Shown here one piece after another: positions 8,558-19,600 of a stretch of 32,000 bases of DNA. The notes below the pieces were generated by a model. It had not been told where the DNA came from. It worked only from the letters and a program-made list of their open reading frames with translations, and ran no database searches. Numbering within the stretch: the stretch's first letter is position 1; every line of letters starts with the position of its first letter. The translations under genes were made by a program, and so were the position numbers. The stretch is from Ignicoccus hospitalis KIN4/I (GTDB taxonomy: Archaea > Thermoproteota > Thermoprotei_A > Sulfolobales > Ignicoccaceae), in assembly GCF_000017945.1 (NCBI RefSeq), contig NC_009776.1:1-32000 (forward strand), given 5' to 3'.

Positions 8558-10516
8558 TCATATGTCGTTCTCCACGAAGACAATACTGTCCCTGATGTTA
8601 GGCGTGTATATCTTCATTCCCCTGGCCACCGTCCTGCTGAGGACCCTAGCTAGGCCCTCTATCCTGCTGGGCTCGCCGTGGTTTAGTATTATATTCTTGG
8701 GCCGCGGGGTTACCGACTTGACCCAGTTTATCAGCTCAGAACGGCTGCTGTGTCCCGAGAAGCCCTCTACCGAGAACACGTGACTCCTAACTTCTAGTTG
8801 GTAGAGCTTGGACTTGCCGTCCTCGTTGATTGCTATCTCGACTCTGTCGGCGCCCTCCTTCAACGTTCGGCCCAAGGTGCCGGCAGCTTGGTAAGCGACG
8901 AACACTATAGAGTTCTTGGGGTCCGGCGCGAGCTTCCGGAAGTACTCTAAGGACGGACCTCCCGTCAACATGCCGGAAGTAGCTAGTATCACTCCCGGTT
9001 CGGACTCCAGTACCTCCTCCCTCGATATGCCGCCCTCTATCGAAACGGACTCCACCTTGTGGACGAAGTCCGCTAGGAAGGGGTTCTCGCCTTTGATTAT
9101 TCTCTCCTTAACGCTTTTCGCCAGCCACTCCGGGTAGGCCGCGTGTATGGCTGTAGCCTCGTACACCATGCCGTCTAGGTATATAGGCACCGCACCTCCT
9201 TCCGGACTCTTGATCAGCTTGTTCTGAACGGCGTCAACCAGCAACAGCAGTATCTCTTGGGCCCTCCCCACTGCGAGCACGGGGATGAGTACGAAGCCTC
9301 CCTTCTCTATTGTTTTGTTTATTATATCTATGAGTAGCCTTTCTGCGAGCTCCCTCGGGGGGAGGTCTTGTGTCCCGTAGGTACTCTCCATTATTACGGC
9401 CTCTACCCTGGGGAATTGAGTGTTAGCCTTGTCTAAGAGTCTTGTGTAGCCATACTTGAAATCACCAGTGTAAACTAAGTTGAACAGCCCCTCGCCTACG
9501 TGGAGGTGCGCCATAGCGCTTCCCAAGATGTGCCCGGCGTTGTAGAAGGTCAACTTAATGTCCGGAGCTACGTCAGTTACCTCTCCGTAGTTCAAAGCGA
9601 TCGTTCGGAGCAACATGCTGTTGATGTCGCTCTCAGTATAGGGGACCGGCTTCCCTTCTTTCCGAGCTACCTCAATGTAGTCCTTCTGTACTAAGTACAT
9701 TAGGTCCCTAGTGGGCTGGGTGACGTAGACCGGCCCCCTATAACCGTACTTGTAGAGCCACGGAACGAGTCCGCAGTGGTCCAAGTGGGCGTGGGTGACT
9801 ATTACCGCGTCTAACTCATCTATGGGGACCTCCTCGACCTTCGGGAAGTGCTTCTGAGGGTCGTAAGAACCCACGTTGGCGCCGAAGTCCAACAGTACCT
9901 TGGATTCTTTCGTTTCTAGCAATATAGCCGAACGACCGACCTCTTTGAACGCCCCTAATGCAGTTATCCTAACATAATTGGTCTTGAACAAGAGGGGTCT
10001 GTGAATCCTGTTTCCTATTTCTAGCAGAGCTTCAAGTCGACGCTTTGTGTTCTCTCGATAGAATGCGCGAATCGTACTGATCACGTTAGACTTCAGCGGG
10101 GGGTTCCGCATGACTACGGGCTTCCAGCCCGTCGCGGTGAGGATTTTCCTAAGCCTGTGACCTCCCTTGCCCACCACGTACCCGGGTTTGTTGGTTATTA
10201 TGATCACTTCGCCGGTGGAAGGCTCGAACTGAAGCTCGACGATCTCGCCGCCCTCCCCGACTATCTTGTTTATCAGCTCGGCAGCCTCTTTCCTAGGCTT
10301 GCGTGCGCTCTCGTCGGGCTTAACTACTATCTTTTTGCGCACCGCCCTCGCGACCTTCCTAATCATTTCTGGATCTTCGTAGACAGGGAGCAGGTTCTTA
10401 GCATAGACCACCACCTCCGGACCTTCGTACTCTATCTTTACGATCTCAAGTTCCTTAGGTAATAGTGACTTTATCTTATCGGCCAAGTTTACCAGGTTGT
10501 CGTCGACCTTACTCAT
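8558..10516 (-). CDS. Archaeal CPSF1 (KH + metallo-beta-lactamase/beta-CASP ribonuclease; FttA-like termination factor)
   Basis: N-terminal KH region (GYVVGKGGHRLRKILTATGWKPVVMR), MBL motif VTHAHLDHCGLVPWL, MESTYGTQDLPPREL, HVFSVEGFSGHSSRSELINW. Confidence 0.95.
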   Translation of the reverse strand: MSKVDDNLVNLADKIKSLLPKELEIVKIEYEGPEVVVYAKNLLPVYEDPEMIRKVARAVRKKIVVKPDESARKPRKEAAELINKIVGEGGEIVELQFEPSTGEVIIITNKPGYVVGKGGHRLRKILTATGWKPVVMRNPPLKSNVISTIRAFYRENTKRRLEALLEIGNRIHRPLLFKTNYVRITALGAFKEVGRSAILLETKESKVLLDFGANVGSYDPQKHFPKVEEVPIDELDAVIVTHAHLDHCGLVPWLYKYGYRGPVYVTQPTRDLMYLVQKDYIEVARKEGKPVPYTESDINSMLLRTIALNYGEVTDVAPDIKLTFYNAGHILGSAMAHLHVGEGLFNLVYTGDFKYGYTRLLDKANTQFPRVEAVIMESTYGTQDLPPRELAERLLIDIINKTIEKGGFVLIPVLAVGRAQEILLLLVDAVQNKLIKSPEGGAVPIYLDGMVYEATAIHAAYPEWLAKSVKERIIKGENPFLADFVHKVESVSIEGGISREEVLESEPGVILATSGMLTGGPSLEYFRKLAPDPKNSIVFVAYQAAGTLGRTLKEGADRVEIAINEDGKSKLYQLEVRSHVFSVEGFSGHSSRSELINWVKSVTPRPKNIILNHGEPSRIEGLARVLSRTVARGMKIYTPNIRDSIVFVENDI

Positions 10517-10526
10517 GATCGTTCAC

Positions 10527-10958
10527 CTATACCTTATACCTTCTGAGAAGCTCCACTATGAGCCAAGGCCTCGTAGGCCCCTTAGGCTCGGATCCGCGTG
10601 CCGCCTCCCTAGCACGGTTAATTAGTTCTTGAGGCACCTCCCCTTCCAGTTTAACTGAGCTCAGGGCCCGGCCTAGCCTCCATAGAGTCCTTTCGACCTC
10701 TCTCCTCACTTCCCTTAGCTCGTCATTTATTACATCCGACATCCAAGGCTTAACCACGAGTTCTTCGCGCAGTATTTTCTCCAACTTCTCTAATTTAGAG
10801 AGCCATTTGAGCGAGTCATACGCTATTATTAGAGCTTCCTCCTCGTCCATCTTAACGTCGCTCTGGGGATAAGCGATAACCACCTCGTCGTCTTCGACCC
10901 TCTCCTCGTCTTCCTCAGCCACTATTTCGGCCTCGTGAACTTCATTTTCTTCCATCAT
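10527..10958 (-). CDS. Hypothetical protein with acidic N-terminus (start moved to MMEENEV)
   Basis: The track ORF to 11030 overlaps the start of the divergent MoaB gene. The ATG at 10956-10958 removes the overlap and gives a coherent protein with a helical C-terminus. Confidence 0.65.
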   Translation of the reverse strand: MMEENEVHEAEIVAEEDEERVEDDEVVIAYPQSDVKMDEEEALIIAYDSLKWLSKLEKLEKILREELVVKPWMSDVINDELREVRREVERTLWRLGRALSSVKLEGEVPQELINRAREAARGSEPKGPTRPWLIVELLRRYKV

Positions 10959-10983
10959 CCGAGCCACCTCGGAGAGCGATAAG

Positions 10984-11508
10984 ATGCACGAGCACGAACG
11001 CTTCGGGCCGGAAAGGGTCCGCTTCGGCATAGTAGTAGTCTCGGATGCAGTTTATGAAGGGCGCAGAGAGGACGTCAGCGGCAAGTTGGCCAAAAAGATT
11101 ATTACTGAGAGTGGCCACGAGGTAACGTATTTCTCACTCATACCCAACGATAAAGGAGCCATCCTCAACGTCCTCGAAGAAGCCAAGGAATCGCCAGTAG
11201 ACGTGATCGTATTTGTGGGGGGCACGGGATTGGGACCCAACGACCTAACGGTAGACGTCGTCGACCGAGTGGCCGACAAGGAGGTGCCGGGCTTCGGCGA
11301 GCTCTTCAGATACATCACGTTTCAAAAGAGGGGATCCATAGCCATCCTCACGAGGGCTGGCTTGTGGGTCTACTCGAAACTGCTCATATTGGTCACGCCG
11401 GGAAGCCCCGACGCAGTAGAGACTGCCCTTCAACTATTCTTGCCCGTAGCGAGACACGCCGTAGCGGAGGCGAGGGGACTGCGCCATGGCATGCCCAAAG
11501 GAGTTTGA
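10984..11508 (+). CDS. moaB: Molybdopterin/tungstopterin biosynthesis protein, MoaB/Mog family
   Basis: FGIVVVSDAVYEGRREDVSG, VIVFVGGTGLGPNDLTVDVVDRVADKEVPGFGELFRYITFQKRGSIAILTRAGLW. Confidence 0.92.
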   Translation: MHEHERFGPERVRFGIVVVSDAVYEGRREDVSGKLAKKIITESGHEVTYFSLIPNDKGAILNVLEEAKESPVDVIVFVGGTGLGPNDLTVDVVDRVADKEVPGFGELFRYITFQKRGSIAILTRAGLWVYSKLLILVTPGSPDAVETALQLFLPVARHAVAEARGLRHGMPKGV

Positions 11509-11920
11509 ATACCTTCCACACACTGCAGACATCATTGTGGTAGGCTATGGAGAAACTCTGGAAGAGGCGTTCGCTAATGCAGCCAAGGGAGTTTTCAACA
11601 TAATTACTGACGTGAAGAAGGTAGAGCCCAAAGAATGTAGAGAGGTGATCGACGAGGCAGATGACCTCGAGCAAGCATTATATAAGTGGATAGACGACCT
11701 CCTACTGTACTTCGACGCAGAAGGTATGGTGTTCTCGAAATTCGAACTTGAGCTGAAGGAAGAGGAAGGGAAGGTCAAGATTCATGGAAAGGCGTGCGGT
11801 GAGAAGTTCGATCCCTCTAAGCACGAGTACGGCACCATAGTTAAGGCAATGACGTATGCAGAAATGGAGATAAAGAAGGAAGGTGAATGTTGGAAGGTTA
11901 AATTCGTAGTCGACATATGA
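11486..11920 (+). CDS. Archease (activator of the RtcB tRNA ligase)
   Basis: EYLPHTADIIVVGYGETLEEAFANAAKGVFNIITD ... HGKACGEKFDPSKHEYGTIVKAMTYAEMEI matches the archease pattern. Confidence 0.92.
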   Translation: MACPKEFEYLPHTADIIVVGYGETLEEAFANAAKGVFNIITDVKKVEPKECREVIDEADDLEQALYKWIDDLLLYFDAEGMVFSKFELELKEEEGKVKIHGKACGEKFDPSKHEYGTIVKAMTYAEMEIKKEGECWKVKFVVDI

Positions 11921-11945
11921 GTGGGGTCGCTAACACGGGTCGTCA

Positions 11946-13400
11946 TCATCCGTCAGATCCGTGGCGAGCGCTCATCCCCAGCTCACTTTCTATCATTTGG
12001 CGCACCGTACGCGGGTCCGCCTTCCCTCTCAAGGCCTTCATCACTTGTCCGACTAAGAAGTTTATAGCTTTAGGATTCTTCTTCGCATCCTCGACCGCCT
12101 TCGGATTTTCTCTCAAAACCTTCCTTACGATACTAAGTATCTTATCCACGTCCCTAACTACACCTAATCCCTTTTCCTCGATTACCCTTGAGGGCTCCTT
12201 ACATTCTCTAAGCATGGAAGGCAGCACCGTTTCCCTAGCTTGCTCCAACGTGATCTTTCCTCGGTCAACGTAGGAGAGGAGCTCAGCTAACCACTCGGGT
12301 TTGACACACTTCCCCAAAGGAAGGCCGAGCTCCTCTACCCACCTAAGGTAGTCAACTACCAACAAGCTCGCTAGCCTCTTGTAATTAGTGTAGAGCTTGG
12401 CGGCCTCTTCGAACAGGTCTGCCAACCTCTTGTCCCTTATGACCAGAACGGAAGCTAGGTACTCGCTCAAGGAGTATTCCTTTATCATTCTCTTAATCCT
12501 TTGATCTGGGAGCTCGGGGAGCTCCCTTTTCGCTTGCTCGAGGAGTCCCTCCTCAATTAAGTAGGGCGGGATGTTGGGTTCCGGCATATACCTATATTCT
12601 TCTTCCAACTCCTTGCTCCGCGCGCCCACGGTCACCCTCCGCTCCGCGTCCCAATGCCTAGTCTCCCTCTCCACCCTCCCACCTTGGTCTAACAATGTGC
12701 TCTGCCGCGTTATTTCGAACTTTAAAGCCTTCTCCACGTCCTTAATAGAGCCTATGTTCTTTATTTCGACCCTCTCGCCGCCCTCTACGCTCACGTTGGC
12801 GTCTACCCTCATAGCGCCCTCCAGCTCACAATCACATATCCCCAAGTGTTCCACGAGGCTCCTCAGCTTCTCTACGAAAGCTCTCGCCTCCTCGGGCGTC
12901 TCCATGTCTGGCTCGGTGACCAGCTCTATCAGAGCTATGCCAGACCTGTTGTAATCCACTAGCACGTACTCCGACGCCTTCCCACGAGGCCAAACTATCC
13001 TTCCGGGGTCCTCTTCCAACTGCAACCTTCGAATTCGAACGACTTTCTCCCTTCCATCAACCCTCATAACCAATTGCCCGCCCTGGCAGACGGGCGAGGA
13101 GCCTAGGGACGTGAACTGGGTAATCTGATAGCCCTTGGGCAAATCCGGGTAGAAGTAATGTTTCCTCGCGAACACCACCTTTCGACTCACTTTACCATTT
13201 AAGCTCAAACAGAGAGTTAAGGCCATCTTCACGGCCTCCTCGTTGAGCTTCGGGAGGGCTCCAGGGAGGCCCAGACAGACTGGACAGACTACGGTGTTTG
13301 GGGGTTTGTCCCTATAGTCTGAAGGGCAAGAACAGAAGAGCTTAGTCTTAAGTTTGGTCAGTTGAATGTGTACTTCCAGACCTATCTTCGCTTTCCTCAT
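11946..13400 (-). CDS. gatB: Glutamyl/aspartyl-tRNA(Gln/Asn) amidotransferase subunit B
   Basis: KIGLEVHIQLTKLKTKLFCSCPSDYRDKPPNTVVCPVCLGLPGALPKLNEEAV, GVRDVDKILSIV-like tail domain and C-terminal VGQVMKALRGKADPRTVRQM. Confidence 0.97.
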   Translation of the reverse strand: MRKAKIGLEVHIQLTKLKTKLFCSCPSDYRDKPPNTVVCPVCLGLPGALPKLNEEAVKMALTLCLSLNGKVSRKVVFARKHYFYPDLPKGYQITQFTSLGSSPVCQGGQLVMRVDGREKVVRIRRLQLEEDPGRIVWPRGKASEYVLVDYNRSGIALIELVTEPDMETPEEARAFVEKLRSLVEHLGICDCELEGAMRVDANVSVEGGERVEIKNIGSIKDVEKALKFEITRQSTLLDQGGRVERETRHWDAERRVTVGARSKELEEEYRYMPEPNIPPYLIEEGLLEQAKRELPELPDQRIKRMIKEYSLSEYLASVLVIRDKRLADLFEEAAKLYTNYKRLASLLVVDYLRWVEELGLPLGKCVKPEWLAELLSYVDRGKITLEQARETVLPSMLRECKEPSRVIEEKGLGVVRDVDKILSIVRKVLRENPKAVEDAKKNPKAINFLVGQVMKALRGKADPRTVRQMIESELGMSARHGSDG

Positions 13401-13752
13401 GTCCTTCGACGCCCTCGCTCTCCCCTTTCTCGCTCTTTTCTCCCTCGCCCTCTAGACACTCTATGACTTTTTCCAGTAGGCCAGCGTATTGGAGCACCAA
13501 CTTCGCGCCCTTCTCGGTTAAGGCAACGTTCATCTGAGGGTGGCGGCCTAAACTGTACTTCACTTTCACTAAACCCTCTTCTTGCATCTCCTTCAAGTGT
13601 TTCCAAACTGTCGACTTCGTTAACCCCAAATGTTTAGCAATGTCGCCCAATTTGCTCCACTTGTTAACCATAAGGTAGAACAGTATCGCCAGTCGAGTGG
13701 TGGTCACCTTGAGAGAGCCGAACTCTTTTATTAGCTCTCTGCACTTTGACAC
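13348..13752 (-). CDS. Winged-helix transcriptional regulator
   Basis: SKLGDIAKHLGLTKSTVWKHLKEMQEEGLVKVKYSLGRHPQMNVALTEKGAKLV is a clear wHTH with wing. The GTG start and the 53-nt same-strand overlap with gatB need checking. Confidence 0.82.
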   Translation of the reverse strand: MSKCRELIKEFGSLKVTTTRLAILFYLMVNKWSKLGDIAKHLGLTKSTVWKHLKEMQEEGLVKVKYSLGRHPQMNVALTEKGAKLVLQYAGLLEKVIECLEGEGEKSEKGESEGVEGHEESEDRSGSTHSTDQT

Positions 13753-14372
13753 AACGTCACCCCCACGACGTTTATTCCTAAAATCACAAAGACGTCAGAT
13801 ATTGAAAGGGCCCCGCTTACTATTAGTTCGGAAGGTCTCTTAGCTATGAAGTACATCGCAATAACGTCTATAATAGATGCGAGAGAGGCGAAGAGTGCTC
13901 CCAAGGCCATCGATTTAGGTCTTATTATCAGCGAATACAACAAAGAATTTGAAATGATAAGCACTATGACGAGGGACAGCGTCGTCAAGTTCCACATGCC
14001 GGTGGCAAGGGATATGTATGATAGAACGAGAAGCGTTGCTGCGACTAGGAAGAGGCCAACGGTTGTAAGAGTATAGAGTTTATTTAGTGAAGCTTTATCC
14101 TCCAAGAGCTTGACCAATTCCCAGTTAACCCTTATAGCGTACGAGACGTTCTCGGCCACCCGGTCTACAGCCAGCGCGAAGAGTAAGAGAACCCTCAAGA
14201 CCAAGAAGACGAGGATCCCGACCAAGCTAGAACCCTCGGCGAGGCTGGGCGTTATCAACAAGTCGAGGAGGAGGACCAGCGTTATGACGAACGACCAGTA
14301 GCTGGAAGCGTTCCTACAGACTTCTAACTTGGAGATCTGTGCGATTGTCTTAGAGAGGGGGCCTATGGCCAT
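13731..14372 (-). CDS. Multi-spanning membrane protein, unknown function (start probably at MAIGPLSK)
   Basis: Several hydrophobic segments (WSFVITLVLLLDLLITPSL, LVGILVFLVLRVLLLFALAV, LTTVGLFLVAATLLVLSYISL, LTTLSLVIVLIISNSLLYSLI). Confidence 0.65.
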   Translation of the reverse strand: MAIGPLSKTIAQISKLEVCRNASSYWSFVITLVLLLDLLITPSLAEGSSLVGILVFLVLRVLLLFALAVDRVAENVSYAIRVNWELVKLLEDKASLNKLYTLTTVGLFLVAATLLVLSYISLATGMWNLTTLSLVIVLIISNSLLYSLIIRPKSMALGALFASLASIIDVIAMYFIAKRPSELIVSGALSISDVFVILGINVVGVTLCQSAES

Positions 14373-14446
14373 TATGCTTGCTCCGAGGACGCCGGGATGA
14401 AACATACCTACAAAAGCTTTCTCAAGGAGGGCCGAGAGGGTGAGAT

Positions 14447-16678
14447 TTGAAATATATCTTAAAGGAACACAAGAAAACAGTCGTTCTGATAGTAACCATC
14501 TTGATCATAGCATCATCCTTCTATGTTAGGCTGATTCCGTACTTCAAGTATTCTCGTTATGGCATCTGGCTTCAGTACGACGACAGCATGTTCGAGTATT
14601 GGCTTTCCAAAACTCTTTACGAAAAGGGAGTTGGTTACTGGTACCAACTGACGCCCGAGAACACTAGACACTTGTGGTGGTGGCCGGAGGGAAGGGACGT
14701 TAGGAGGACCGAAACCCCGGGGTTGTCCTTCACGGGGGCGCTCTTATATCCCGTGGCGAAGGCTTTCAACTTAAGGCTAGTGGACTGGGTGGGGATAATC
14801 CCGGCCTTCTACGGCACGTTAGCTACGGCCGCGTCGGCCCTCTTGGGCTACACCATAGGGGGTCCAGCGCTCGCCGTTTTGATGGCGACGTCGACGGGAT
14901 ATCAATACGCCTTCATGCAGAGGAGCATTTCGAGTTTCGTAGAGAAGATGGCGCCGTGTATGTTCTTTGGAACGCTCTTCTTAGTGACTCTGGCGCTCTT
15001 GTTGAAGAGGTCTAACCTCGACGTACCCGCAGCGGCGCTCCTCGGAGCCCTCGGGGGAGGCGCTCTAATGCTCGCTTCGGCCTTCTGGGGCGGCTTCCTA
15101 GCGTTCTTGGCGGTTACTCTGATCTTCTCGATGCTAGTATTGTTCTTCACGGACAACGAAGCCGTTCTCAAAAACCTCATCATATTCTTAGCCGCGTCCA
15201 CAATAACTTTCCTAGTCACCTCGAAATGGATAACAACTATTTGGATGCACAAGACTTGGGCCTTCACACTGCTTCTCTACTCGCTCTCAATGGTTTTCGC
15301 GGCGGCAGAGCTTTTGGTGCTGAAGAAGTTCGACGAGGAGAAGAGGCTTAAGCTCTGGAGCGTCACGTTGATAGCCTCAATAATTGCAATGATACTGATA
15401 GTTACTCACCCCTACGTTTTGAGGACGTATCTTAACGCAAGGTACATAATGATGGTAATGCCGTGGACTAGAAGGATAGAGAGCCCGCTGGCGAGGAGCG
15501 TGGCAGAACACCAAGGCATATTTAACGTCTTTGCGCCCAACGACTTGATAAACGTCCTCGGTATAGGCCTCGCCGCCCCTCTCGCCTTACTGATTGCAGT
15601 ATACTATTACTTCAAGGGTCAAAAGGACGAGCTCCTACACGCCCTCCCTATAATAGCCTTGGGGGTGTTCGCTACGTACTTAGTCCTTACAAACGTATCA
15701 GTTTACATGCTCACGACGGTTGGTTACCTAAGCGCGATAGCCGGCGCGCTGGCCTTGTATTGGGCTTTGAAGAGCACAACTCTCGACACGGGCAGCTTGG
15801 CAAAGCTCCTCTGGTCCACAATAGCGTTAATCGCGGCGGTACTTTTGATAAGTGGGTCTTACACCGGGATCAATTACGCTTTAAACTATCCGCCGCCATC
15901 CTTCCTCTCCGCCGGTACCGCCTTCTACAGCCCCCTATTCCCAGACACCATGAAAGTGATCGAAAGTAAGTGTAAGTTCGTCTTGGCGTGGTGGGACTAC
16001 GGCTACATGATAGGTACCGTAGCTAACAGAACCACCGTGGTCGACCCGGCCACTCTCAACTCCACAAAGATAGCCCAGGTAGCGAAGGCGCTCATAGGCA
16101 ACGAGAACGACTTGTTGAAGGTTCTGAACGAGTTTTACCTTCCGAAGGAGAACACATGCATATTCACTTACGAAGTCTTTCCGCTCCTCTCAGACAAAAC
16201 TGTAATCTTAATACCCCAAGCCGGAGACTTCGCCAAGTCTGTATGGATGTTCAGAATAGCGGGGTTCGACGACACCACCATATTTAGCAAGTACATAAGG
16301 CTCAAGTACGTCGTGATCGGGACGACGGAGGACGGGCGTAGGGTTACCTTGATAGTCGATAGCCCCAACGACGTCGTTCCCACCCAGAGAGGCGTCTTAG
16401 TGAGGACCCCCCAAAGGGGCTCGGTACTGTTGAGAAGTGTAGAAGCAGTGACCTCGCGTCCCCTCTACGACATAGAGGAAGTGAACCTCTACAAGATGAT
16501 ATACTTAGGCTTGAAGAAAAAGGGCTTTACAGTGCTCGACTCCTTAGGACGCAAGCTGAACATGAACGTGGACTTCAGGCACTTGAAACTGGAAGAGGTA
16601 GTGGTGGACAGACTTTACCTCTCGAACAACAGAACTCTTCCATTCGTGGGGGTCGCTGTCGTTTACAAGTTCCGTTAA
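14447..16678 (+). CDS. aglB: Oligosaccharyl transferase, STT3/AglB family
   Basis: N-terminal TM followed by WLQYDDSMFEYWL (Asp catalytic motif), multiple TM helices, and the WWDYGYMIG catalytic-site motif. Confidence 0.92.
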   Translation: MKYILKEHKKTVVLIVTILIIASSFYVRLIPYFKYSRYGIWLQYDDSMFEYWLSKTLYEKGVGYWYQLTPENTRHLWWWPEGRDVRRTETPGLSFTGALLYPVAKAFNLRLVDWVGIIPAFYGTLATAASALLGYTIGGPALAVLMATSTGYQYAFMQRSISSFVEKMAPCMFFGTLFLVTLALLLKRSNLDVPAAALLGALGGGALMLASAFWGGFLAFLAVTLIFSMLVLFFTDNEAVLKNLIIFLAASTITFLVTSKWITTIWMHKTWAFTLLLYSLSMVFAAAELLVLKKFDEEKRLKLWSVTLIASIIAMILIVTHPYVLRTYLNARYIMMVMPWTRRIESPLARSVAEHQGIFNVFAPNDLINVLGIGLAAPLALLIAVYYYFKGQKDELLHALPIIALGVFATYLVLTNVSVYMLTTVGYLSAIAGALALYWALKSTTLDTGSLAKLLWSTIALIAAVLLISGSYTGINYALNYPPPSFLSAGTAFYSPLFPDTMKVIESKCKFVLAWWDYGYMIGTVANRTTVVDPATLNSTKIAQVAKALIGNENDLLKVLNEFYLPKENTCIFTYEVFPLLSDKTVILIPQAGDFAKSVWMFRIAGFDDTTIFSKYIRLKYVVIGTTEDGRRVTLIVDSPNDVVPTQRGVLVRTPQRGSVLLRSVEAVTSRPLYDIEEVNLYKMIYLGLKKKGFTVLDSLGRKLNMNVDFRHLKLEEVVVDRLYLSNNRTLPFVGVAVVYKFR

Positions 16679-16697
16679 GCGCTGACGACTAAGGTTT

Positions 16698-19600
16698 TTG
16701 AAAGCGGAAGCGGCGGGAGTCGCGTGGAAGGAAGTAATGAGGCTAGCATTGCTATTAATACTGATGACGTTCTCTGTGTTCGCCTCGCAGTACTCAGTAT
16801 CGCTCTCTAATCTGACGCCCGTAAAAATCACCAACGCATACGAATATAAGGTCCTAGACGGTACCATAGGAAGTCCGGAGAAATTCTGGTTCTCGCGACC
16901 CAACGTCATCTTCACCTACGCGAACGGGGAGTTGAACAAGTACACTATCACCGACAGAGGGGTCTCCTTAGTGTCTTCAAAGAAGTTGGACAACGTAGTA
17001 TGGGCCCTCCAACAGAACGAAACGAGGGTTATTATAGTAACTAACTCATCCATATTAATAACCAATAACGCCTTGGACGTCTTACACAAGATCGACTTCG
17101 ACGCCGAGGGCTTCAGGGCCGCGGGGAAATCCGAAAGGTGTTCTTGGTTCTCGAGCTCTGGGAAGCTCCTGAAAGTATGTCCATCCAACTTGAAGGTCTA
17201 CGACCTCCCCCGAGGAACGTTCGGCGTATTAAAGCCAGGAGGGATCTCGTTCTACCCCCTTTGGAAGCTAGCGGGAGCTTGCAAAGTTAACGTCACGAGC
17301 TTCCAAGAGTCATTTATAAACAACATTACGTTCGTGCTCCTAAAGTCTGAGCGCAGTTCTAAGCTAGCCAAAATAGTCTGGAGGGGAGGGCCCCGCCTAC
17401 TCAATTGTAAAGAATTAGGTCGCGAGGCCTACCTATCTAATACGTCGCTCGTCTTAACCCTCGGAGGAAGTGTTGGCATAAAATACGTTGATCTGGCAGA
17501 AAACGTCACGTTCACGCTCTTTGGAGCATCGTTAGCCAAGCTCCTCGGCCTCTCTCGCTCACCTCTTGGATACGAGGCTTACGTCCTACTCGTCAAGCCC
17601 CAAGGAGGCGGCGATCTCCTACTCTCTTTGAGAGCCAAGGATAGTAACCCCATGTTCGCGACGTTCTCAGAAAACATGTTCTGTACCCCCTTACCCAGTT
17701 TCATCTGCTTCCCTGAGGAACTGGCCTACAGGCCGATCTCTTTCCAAGACGTAGCCTCTCCGCACAGCGCCGTAGAGGTGGCGCTCACCAAGCGCTTCGT
17801 GGAGGTCGCAGGAGAGAGCTCTGTGGAAGTGAACTTAAAGCCCCTCTCTGCTCCCAATAAAGCCTACACGCTGAGGTTGAGCATACAAGAACCCTCCAAG
17901 ACCGTCTTGCTGCCCAGCGACACGTACGAGTTAAACGTGAAGAGTAAGATAGGACGCGTCGTGTTGTTCGTCGGGGCCCCTCCTCCCGGAACAGACTTCG
18001 ACCCTCCAGTAATAAGAGTGGAGATAACCCCGGACGTGATCATACCCTACGTATACAAGTTGAAGATAAAAGTAGTAGACGAGCAGACGGGCAACCCGCT
18101 TCCAGGGGCACTGGTTTACGTCAGTGGGGTTACCGTAAGAGGAAAGAGGCTCCAGCTAGGCCCCCAAGTAACGGACGCCAACGGGACTGTGGTCCTTCAC
18201 TTGGAAAAGGGCACGTACATGATAAGGGTAGTTAAAGACTACTATAAACCAGTAGTCATAAGGAATTTGGTCCTAGACAACGATAAATCAATAGCAGTAA
18301 AGATGATAATTAAGGGAACTGACGTAAAGATCAAAGTCATGAGTAAGGGCGCTCCGCCCTTCATACCTAAGGGTCCCATAGCAAATGCGACCGTATCGAT
18401 TCAAGGTAGGATAGCTTTAGAGAAGAAAACCGACAAGAACGGCCTAGCAGAGGTCGTGCTCCTTCCGGGGACGTATACACTAAGAGCAAGCGCACCCTTA
18501 CATAAACCTCATACAGAAACGCTCAACGTAGTACCCAGTAACAAACCCTTAGTGAAAGAAGTAACTCTAGATCCCATACTTTACAACTTGACGCTCGTGA
18601 TAAAAGACTCACTAACGGGAAGGCTCGTCATACCGTCGTTGATCTCCATAACTTCGCTTACCAGCGGACTTTCAAAAGTGATTAAGAACCCCGCCACCGG
18701 GACTGTCTTGGTCACATTACCCCCAGACGTATATTCCATAAAGGTATTGGCTAAGAACTACTTGCCCTTCGAGGAGACCTATAACATCTCAAAAAGCATG
18801 ACTCTGACCATACCTCTAAAGCTAAAGACGGTCAAAGTACGTATTATGGTATTCGACGAGCTCAAAAATTTAGTGCCCGCATTTAACATAACTCTAGTGA
18901 ACCAAGCGTTAGGCTTGAAATTCGAGTTCAGCTTAACCAGCGAGAACAACACCGTGAGCGTCCCGCCGGGTACGTATAGGCTGACAATATCAGCTAAGGG
19001 CTATGAGCCCTTGACTACGACTGTGACTATTTCCGAAAACACTAAAGTATTGCAACTAACAATAGCCCACAAATCGTTCAACGTAGTGATTAAAGCAAAG
19101 ACGGACGATAAGCTACTCTACGAGTTCATATTCTACTGTGAGGGCCAAGTTCAAGGCGGACCCCTCTTCGAGCCCTTGCCGCTACCCAGGATGACTAAGC
19201 CCTCCCTCCAGGCCACCATAAGGGTTCCGAGAGGCACTTACATGGCCACTCTGACGTGCTACTCCGCGACGAAGGAGAAGGCCGCCACCGGGAGCGCCAC
19301 GTTCACAGTACCGACGAACGCCGTAGTGGAGGTCCCCTTAACCCCTACTAAGACCTCAGTTGCCGTGACAGTGTTAGACGTAAGGACGAACAAGCCCGTA
19401 GTTAGGGCCACGGTAAAGTTGTACTACGGACAGAACAAGCTGTTGATAGGAGAAGGAATGACGGACGCCACGGGAAGGGCCATAATTAACGTCAATACTT
19501 ATTACATGGGTAAGCCGGTAGAAATAGTCATCACGGCCCCAGGGTACCAAGAGTACCGCTCCTCGGTGATTCTGACGAGACAACTCCCAGTAGTTTACCT

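Noticed and set aside
11940-11990. Possible C/D box sRNA on the minus strand (CTGA followed by GATGATGA)
   Set aside because: The boxes coincide with the final codons and stop of gatB (GGA TCT GAC GGA TGA), and no downstream CTGA at suitable spacing was found.
12571-12954. 127-aa plus-strand ORF
   Set aside because: Antisense to gatB with typical shadow-ORF composition.
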